Below are positions 19,493 to 25,835 of a stretch of DNA of 64,000 bases, piece by piece. The position numbers and the translations under genes are program-made. The notes under the pieces are model-generated. The model saw nothing but the letters and a program-made list of their open reading frames with translations. It did no database searches and was not told the DNA's origin. Position 1 is the stretch's first letter, and each line of letters opens with the position of its first letter. Source of the DNA: Candidatus Heimdallarchaeota archaeon (GTDB lineage: Archaea; Asgardarchaeota; Heimdallarchaeia; Hodarchaeales; Hodarchaeaceae); NCBI GenBank assembly GCA_048881705.1, contig JBHLSH010000001.1, positions 140,688-204,687 on the forward strand. Direction: 5' to 3'.

Positions 19493-20911
19493 TTAAAAGC
19501 TTATTTTTTTGGCTAAATCTTGAATTATTTCCCATGCCTGGTTGACATGTCTCTCTTGAGTATCGGTTTGGCCTACTACGAATCGTAGACTATAGTTTCC
19601 ATTCAGTTTCGTATGAGTTAGATAGAGTTTTCCCGTTTGATTCGCTCTTACAAGCAATTCCTCATTCATTCTATTGAGTTTCTCCATATCTCTAATGGAT
19701 GAGGGCTTATATCTGAAACAAATTGTATTCAACGGAACTGGTGCTAATAATTCAAAATCATCTGCTTGTTCGATTTTCTTTTTCAGCATGTCTGTCATAT
19801 CTAAATGATATCGGATTTTTTCTTGCAACCCAGAAACACCAAAATGCCTGATAACAAACCATAACTTCAATGCCCGAAATCTTCGGCCAAGTGGAACCCC
19901 CCAATCTCGATAGTTATTCACATTTCTGGCCTGCGTCTTGAGATATTCGGGAGTGATCTCAAATGTCCGTACAAGAGCCTCGGAATCCTTTATGAAGTAA
20001 GCATTGCAGTCAAAATTTGTAAACATCCACTTATGAGGATTGAATGTGAATGTGTCAACATATTCTATCCCCTCAATCATCCAACGCTTTTCAGGGAGAA
20101 GTAGGGCGGTTCCTGCCAAAGCTGCGTCCACATGAAGCCATATCTTATACTTACTACAAATTTCCCCGATACGCCTTATTGGATCAATCGCGGTGGATCC
20201 AGTCGTTCCGATCGTAGCCACAACGGCCAGTGGAGTAAATCCATCATTAAGATCCCTTTTAATGATTTCGTCTAGTTTATCAGGTCGTAGCGCATAATTC
20301 TGATCCACGGAAACCTTCCTTAAATTGTTCTTTCCTAACCCAACGATCTTGACGTCTTTCTCAATACTCGAGTGTGTTTCACTTGAACAATATATTGTAA
20401 AAGCTCTTTTGTTATACAATCCAGTAGCATTGACCTCATAGTGAGTAGCCTTCTCTCTTGCGGTCAAAAGTGAGCAGAGAGTTGCAGTCGATGCTGTATC
20501 TTGAATTACCCCAGAAAAGGACTTGGGTAATCCAATCATATCCCTCAACCAATTCATCATCTTTTCTTCTAGCTCTGCGGCTGCAGGGGAGGTATCCCAA
20601 ATCATACACTGTGCAGCAAGAGTAGCTGTCAACATTTCAGCCAAAATAGATGGTCGGCTACTATTTGCAGGAAAATATGCGAAAAAACAGGGATGTTGCC
20701 AATGAGTAATTCCAGGAATGATTTTGTTTTCGAATTCACTGAATATGTGATTGAAATCCTCACCCACGGTTGGTGGTTCATCTGGGATCTGATTATAGAT
20801 CTCACGAGGTTTAACCTGTGATTTCACTGGATATTGTTCAACTGTCCCTAAATAATCAGTCATCCAATCAACTAGTATATGACCATTCTTACGAAATTCT
20901 TCTAAATCCAT
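19493..20911 (-). CDS. Aromatic L-amino acid decarboxylase (group II PLP decarboxylase, DDC family)
   Basis: PGITHWQHP.FFAYFPA, SPAAAELE, QDTASTA, HSSIEK, WLHVDAA, FNPHKW (PLP lysine), PEYL, DWGVPLGRRFRALKLW. Start set at MDLEEF (20911). Confidence 0.92.
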   Translation of the reverse strand: MDLEEFRKNGHILVDWMTDYLGTVEQYPVKSQVKPREIYNQIPDEPPTVGEDFNHIFSEFENKIIPGITHWQHPCFFAYFPANSSRPSILAEMLTATLAAQCMIWDTSPAAAELEEKMMNWLRDMIGLPKSFSGVIQDTASTATLCSLLTAREKATHYEVNATGLYNKRAFTIYCSSETHSSIEKDVKIVGLGKNNLRKVSVDQNYALRPDKLDEIIKRDLNDGFTPLAVVATIGTTGSTAIDPIRRIGEICSKYKIWLHVDAALAGTALLLPEKRWMIEGIEYVDTFTFNPHKWMFTNFDCNAYFIKDSEALVRTFEITPEYLKTQARNVNNYRDWGVPLGRRFRALKLWFVIRHFGVSGLQEKIRYHLDMTDMLKKKIEQADDFELLAPVPLNTICFRYKPSSIRDMEKLNRMNEELLVRANQTGKLYLTHTKLNGNYSLRFVVGQTDTQERHVNQAWEIIQDLAKKISF

Positions 20912-21019
20912 TTTAAAAACCAATTTCCTTATACTAACGCTAAGAATGAACGATGTAGACTTCCAAAACTTAGGGAATCAAAATTTCACCCAAGAAGCAT
21001 TTGGACAGAGGCGCGGAGA

Positions 21020-21499
21020 GTGTTTTTTAAAGTATGTTCGCACCACATTCTTGGCGATCATATTCTCGCAAACTTGGTATGGGGTTTATTTGTGGTGAAT
21101 AACGAGATTTTCTCACTTGAGGAGCCTTTTTCGTTTACGGAATTAGAAAAGAAAGGTTTAAGCATTAAACGGTCGGATCTAGCACAATTTGTAGAAAAAG
21201 GGAAACTGATGAGTAAAAAGATAGGCCGAATGACAATCTATTGGAATCATCCTTCGGTGACACCCGAAGCTACAACGGGCCTTGATTCCTTAGTTAATCG
21301 ACTGGAATTGGAAAACCAGGAACTGAAACGTGAGCTGCAATCTGAACGTGAAAAGGTACGCCGGTTTGAAATTCAAAATGGAGTTGACGAGCCGTGGAAA
21401 GAGGCAGCACTGGCCATGGCTCAAACCCTAGCTGAGCAAAAAGGAATTTCAATGCGGGAGGTGCTTGGTTATTTCAATGCTCCCCTTAATGAATTATGA
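21020..21499 (+). CDS. Mnd1-like winged-helix plus coiled-coil protein
   Basis: LAQFVEKGKLMSKKIGRMTIYWNHPS, then a coiled coil, then WKEAALAMAQTLAEQKGISMREVLGYFNAP. Both ends align without gaps to eukaryotic Mnd1 as I recall it. Start is uncertain (GTG 21020 or GTG 21092/21095). Confidence 0.7.
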   Translation: MFFKVCSHHILGDHILANLVWGLFVVNNEIFSLEEPFSFTELEKKGLSIKRSDLAQFVEKGKLMSKKIGRMTIYWNHPSVTPEATTGLDSLVNRLELENQELKRELQSEREKVRRFEIQNGVDEPWKEAALAMAQTLAEQKGISMREVLGYFNAPLNEL

Positions 21500-21509
21500 A
21501 GGCGATTTG

Positions 21510-22400
21510 TCATGTATCAAGTTCTTCCGATAAATCTGCAAGAGGAACTTCTTCCGCCTCTTTTTCTCCAGTTTCCCCTTCCTGAACCTCTCGAATCTCA
21601 GTTACTTCAGCCACTGTCTGGAAGATGCTATGAAGATCTTTGACTCGGAATTCATGTTCTTCTTCTTCGATTATTGTTGGTAAATGAACTTCCGCCCAAA
21701 CTTCATTTCCTGAATACCCTGTGAATGCAGAATGCATCTGCAGCTTCTCTTCGATAATTACTGAGTCCGTTAAGGTCAGGTTGGCAAAGCGAAGCTCGAT
21801 AAAACTGCCTTCGCTCTCCATCTCTACCTCAAGTGCAAAAGATTCCGCAAGGATTTCTGCGATAGACTGGAACATAGCTAAACTATGAATACTAGTGTCT
21901 TGTGCATTGACCAAGCAGAGATCTAGCTTTGGCCAGAGAATAAAAAGCATTCCTCGAACGTAATGTGTTTCGATAAGGTAATCCTGACTGCCTACAACCT
22001 CAGCCGGCTTCCTGCTAAACGATCTTTTCAACAAATCTGAGGCTGCACGACGGGATTTCGAATGTTTCTCGTGAATGATGGAGTAAAAATCATCTGTATG
22101 CACATAAACATCGGCCAACAGTGTGTGCCCTTCTTTGAACGAACGGGTGAGTTCCTTCACTCGCTGTGAATAACAGAATGTAGGCATCCCCTTCTTAGGC
22201 TCGCGTTTCAGTAATAGGACGTCCAAATACCGCCTTTCTGTACATTTCGGCCGAAGCATGTTCACAACTTTGTTATTCTGACATTGTTTAAGACAAAACT
22301 CCTTCCGATCCCGAACCATTTCCTCCCAGAGTGTAACGCCAGATACCCGGTTTAAGAAGCCCTGTGCAGTTTTGGAGCTTTCATTATCTGTCCAATTCAC
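21510..22400 (-). CDS. Hypothetical protein with acidic C-terminal tail
   Basis: 296-aa GTG ORF converging on the Mnd1-like gene (10 bp gap). Mixed alpha/beta sequence, with four Cys in the N-terminal third. Confidence 0.7.
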   Translation of the reverse strand: MNWTDNESSKTAQGFLNRVSGVTLWEEMVRDRKEFCLKQCQNNKVVNMLRPKCTERRYLDVLLLKREPKKGMPTFCYSQRVKELTRSFKEGHTLLADVYVHTDDFYSIIHEKHSKSRRAASDLLKRSFSRKPAEVVGSQDYLIETHYVRGMLFILWPKLDLCLVNAQDTSIHSLAMFQSIAEILAESFALEVEMESEGSFIELRFANLTLTDSVIIEEKLQMHSAFTGYSGNEVWAEVHLPTIIEEEEHEFRVKDLHSIFQTVAEVTEIREVQEGETGEKEAEEVPLADLSEELDT

Positions 22401-22723
22401 GAGAGTTCATCCAACCTATGACTGTCTGGCTGGGATACCCTTGCAAAACCACTTCCTAAAAACCCATCCCTACGAAGAAGCAGTTTGTTTAATGTCCGTA
22501 CTGCCCAATTAAGACTCCATAGAGGATGCAAGCTGTCTTATTAAACCTTTTATTTCGCTCAGAAATGTGTACTCAGACCCAAATAACATTTTATATTGTT
22601 TTACAACTAGTAAGGGGTTAAAAAATGATCAACCACCGATATTCACGAGTAGGATCCTCTGTGTTTATTATGTTGCTCGCAGTAGAGACTATAACCTAGA
22701 TTACGATATTAAATCCGTGAAAA

Positions 22724-23800
22724 TCATCTCATTTCCAGTGAGGTTCCACAAAAAGCACACACAGGTTGATCTTTCCCTTCCTGTACCTCGTTTGTGTTTT
22801 TGCAGTTGTGACAAAGGATGTAAACATTCACATCGTCTAATCTTCCTAGCGTGCCTTTTCCAGATAATGTTGAACCCTCCGCCTGCTCTTTCATTTTCAT
22901 GAAAAGCGGATTTGCTAATTCTTCTAAATTTTTTAAGGTATCTTGCAGATCTGAGAATTTTGCTTGCTCCTCTGCTTCTCGCTTCTTATGCTCGTGGTAT
23001 TCTTTTCGTTGCTTCGGCGTCATTCGTTCTAATTGTTGTAATTCTCTCAATCGATCCCGAAATTGATTTCGTTGAGTAAGGGATAATGAGTCGAGGAATT
23101 CGGGTGTGAAATTGGCTAGATCTACCAAATTCATGCTAGAAAAATCAATTTCATCTAAATTAGATGCTATATTCACAGAATTTGCCTGGGGCGGAGGGGG
23201 GGGAGGAGGAACTCCTGAAATTCCCTGCGATGGAGGGTGATTATTCGCGTTCATCCCCTTTGCTACTGATTGAATCTCGAACCGCAAATCCTTACGGATG
23301 GTGGCCAGAATCTCCCTCCGAATATCGTTTAAAGAGATTCGTCCTTGGTTTGCATTTTTGGATTTCATTTCTTCGATTTGTGCTTCTAGCGTTTTAAGAC
23401 GTTTTGCAAGACCCTCGTCCACACCAGTACTTACCATACTCATCTGTTTTATGCACGACTCGCACATTCCATCAATGAGCTCATCTTGAAAGGCCCCTCG
23501 ACCACAGGTTCGGCAGCTTTGAACCATACTAGCTAAATCAGAAAGCATACCACGCGACCTGTTACCTTTTACTCCCGATTTTTTTCTTATAGGTTGAGAA
23601 CGTCTTTTTTGCCCAGATGAACCCCTTTTGGGTTTTTTAATGGTAGGACTAGGTTTTTCAGAAACATCTACCCTGATACGGGACGTTTGGAAACTTCCCA
23701 ATTCTGCGAGAACTTCATCAACCAGCTGAAAGGGATTTTTGAGAACATTCACGACCGAAGTGAGACGTTTGATTGTTTCTTTTTCTAATCCATCTGACAT
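22724..23800 (-). CDS. Hypothetical multi-module protein (CxxC..CxxC finger, coiled coil, poly-Pro, C-terminal zinc ribbon)
   Basis: CRTC...CESC, KRLKTLEAQIEEMK, VPPPPPPQ, C-terminal CHNC...CAFC. Starts 3 bp after the stop of the upstream wHTH gene. Confidence 0.75.
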   Translation of the reverse strand: MSDGLEKETIKRLTSVVNVLKNPFQLVDEVLAELGSFQTSRIRVDVSEKPSPTIKKPKRGSSGQKRRSQPIRKKSGVKGNRSRGMLSDLASMVQSCRTCGRGAFQDELIDGMCESCIKQMSMVSTGVDEGLAKRLKTLEAQIEEMKSKNANQGRISLNDIRREILATIRKDLRFEIQSVAKGMNANNHPPSQGISGVPPPPPPPQANSVNIASNLDEIDFSSMNLVDLANFTPEFLDSLSLTQRNQFRDRLRELQQLERMTPKQRKEYHEHKKREAEEQAKFSDLQDTLKNLEELANPLFMKMKEQAEGSTLSGKGTLGRLDDVNVYILCHNCKNTNEVQEGKDQPVCAFCGTSLEMR

Positions 23801-23803
23801 TTA

Positions 23804-24511
23804 CTACTCACCACGATCTGGAATTTCCAATCCCGCCCTTTTCATAATAGAGCGCGCGGCCATTCCCTCGAACGAATCTGCTCCCTTCTTTGAATCATCA
23901 ATTATAATTGCTACCATTTTTACAAGGGATTCGAAGGATGGATTGATGAAATAGCGGATACCTGCTTCGAGAAGTTCACCAGGAGTGATATTACGCCGAA
24001 TTGCTGCTTGGTTAATTGCGGGCATATTCTGCTTAATTGTATCTAATACTTGTGGATCTAGGATTTGGATCTCAACCAGCTGTTTTTCCAGATTCTCAAT
24101 GTAGCTTTTTTTTTCTTTTAATTGGATGGTTAGGTTTTGTACGGACCGCTGGTAGTCTAAAAACCTCGAATCATCCAACAGACCACTAGAACGAACGTAA
24201 TCAGTGCATACACCACGGGAATCATTCACAATGATGTTTTGTTCCCTTTCAACCTTCTGTGCATAAAATTCTCGCCAATAGGTTTGATTAGGGAGCCCCA
24301 CGTAACGTCGAGATTGTCCCTTGGGAGATGAGACCTTAACGATCGCTACCTGATCCTGTGTTCGGTGGAGGGCCCCATCTACCTTCCCCCTCGACCATTC
24401 CAGTCTTGCTGCAAGATCTCTGACGGTCACAGGTTGAGCTAACCGTTCCAGCCTTGAAATGAGCTGAAAGTCGGTTACTTCGGAATCTCCACCGAAACCT
24501 TTGGGCACCAA
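23804..24511 (-). CDS. Winged-helix plus coiled-coil protein, Hop2-like candidate
   Basis: N-terminal wHTH LISRLERLAQPVTVRDLAARLEWSRGKVDGALHR, coiled coil DDSRFLDYQRSVQNLTIQLKEKKSYIENLEKQLVEIQ, then DPQVLDTIKQ, and C-terminal IMKRAGLEIP. Confidence 0.6.
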   Translation of the reverse strand: MVPKGFGGDSEVTDFQLISRLERLAQPVTVRDLAARLEWSRGKVDGALHRTQDQVAIVKVSSPKGQSRRYVGLPNQTYWREFYAQKVEREQNIIVNDSRGVCTDYVRSSGLLDDSRFLDYQRSVQNLTIQLKEKKSYIENLEKQLVEIQILDPQVLDTIKQNMPAINQAAIRRNITPGELLEAGIRYFINPSFESLVKMVAIIIDDSKKGADSFEGMAARSIMKRAGLEIPDRGE

Positions 24512-25089
24512 TAATCACCGAGTTTATGTTAAAAATGCGTTTAGACATGTCTATATAATAATAAAGAAATTGATAATAGAGATATTTTAGGAACGAATCA
24601 TAAGATTTTGTCAGGCCATTATAAACTTGTCTATATATGAATTAAGGAAATATAATACTCCATTTTCAAACTTAATGGATCATACCGATAGAAGAGCTTC
24701 ATATTTTCTGAATCAAGTCGCTGCAATTGCAACATTTTACAACCAGAATACCTTCATGACTCAAAGGATCTTGGTCTCTATTCGATCCTGGTTCTAGGTG
24801 TCATCGAAGCCAGTTTCCTAGAGAACCCAAAATGTTTTCACCACTACTGTGATCCAGGATTAATTGCTAGGCCTGGGTATGAACCTATTCACATATTCCT
24901 GGTACCTCATTTCAAATGGCTACTTCGTAGATAGCAAGCTTGCAGACCTATTATCTACAACCTATTTCTCATTGGGGGATACAAAATCAGAACATCATAG
25001 GAAAAAAAATGGACTTTCTTTTCAGGTTCCACTAAAGCCACTTTAATTTTTAATGCGGTATAAAAAAAGGAAACGGTTGAGCGATAATA

Positions 25090-25110
25090 TTTCGGTTTAA
25101 CGTACCGAAA
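25090..25110. promoter_or_regulatory. Inverted repeat TTTCGGT-N7-ACCGAAA upstream of the membrane-protein/copB/methyltransferase unit
   Basis: Perfect 7-bp arms in intergenic DNA, extendable by the outer AGCGA/TCGCT pairing. Confidence 0.35.
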
Positions 25111-25333
25111 ATCTCGCTTAGAAACCCCCAATCTATAAAATAAGCAAAAGTATCAGTGTTACGGACTCTCCGAATCATATCCTACGTACTTATTTTAAAA
25201 AACGTAGAACAATGAAAGCAACGTAACTGAAAGCTGACTTGTCGGAACAACTGTTGCTGTGAGGTTCAAACGTACGTTTTTCCGTGAACAGAAAGCAAAA
25301 AAAAACTAATGAAGAAAAAGGAGGTCATCTTAA

Positions 25334-25783
25334 TTGATACTTGATGTCCAGAATATATTTCATAATGGAGAAGATCACGGAATCTTTGGGATCTTCGAAA
25401 ACGTAAATCCAATGTGGATTTTGATGATTGGCATGATGGTATTGTTACCTCTGCTCGCTATCTGGGCCTATCGAGATGCAAGCCATCGAGATGAGAATGC
25501 AGCGTTGTGGATAATTGTGATTTTCTTTACCATGGGGATGGGTATCATCCTATATCTCATTTTTAGAGCTGCGGAACATCCAGCCCCTGTAGGCCGAAGC
25601 TATCCCGCTGAGCCCCAACCCGTTGCATATGGTTCTTCAACCAGAGCTCAATATGCCCCTCCCATTGAGCGCACACCCGTGTCACGCTATGGTACAAACT
25701 TTTGCGAGGTTTGTGGTGCCAAGCTTGAGGCAACCGATAGCTTCTGTCCGAAATGTGGAAGTTCAGTGAAGGTAGGTAAGTAA
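25334..25783 (+). CDS. Membrane protein: PLDc_N-like two-helix hairpin plus C-terminal zinc ribbon
   Basis: LAIWAYRDASHR...ALWIIVIFFTMGMGIILYLIFR and FCEVCG...FCPKCG. RBS GGAGGT upstream of the TTG start. Confidence 0.8.
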   Translation: MILDVQNIFHNGEDHGIFGIFENVNPMWILMIGMMVLLPLLAIWAYRDASHRDENAALWIIVIFFTMGMGIILYLIFRAAEHPAPVGRSYPAEPQPVAYGSSTRAQYAPPIERTPVSRYGTNFCEVCGAKLEATDSFCPKCGSSVKVGK

Positions 25784-25835
25784 ATCTAATCATGGGCAAA
25801 AAACAAAACAAATGAATGACTAATATCGCCTTGCA

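Noticed and set aside
19493-20911. Histidine decarboxylase linked to the hut cluster
   Set aside because: It has PLGRR (DDC-type Gly), not the PLSRR of histidine decarboxylase as recalled, and it lies 6 kb from hutU.
23188-23212. G-rich run GGGGCGGAGGGGGGGGAGGAGG as a G-quadruplex or contingency locus
   Set aside because: Explained by the poly-Pro codons on the minus strand, and the reading frame is intact.
24675-25046. Possible frameshifted membrane-protein pseudogene
   Set aside because: Hydrophobic patches appear in different frames, but there is no coherent reading or family match.
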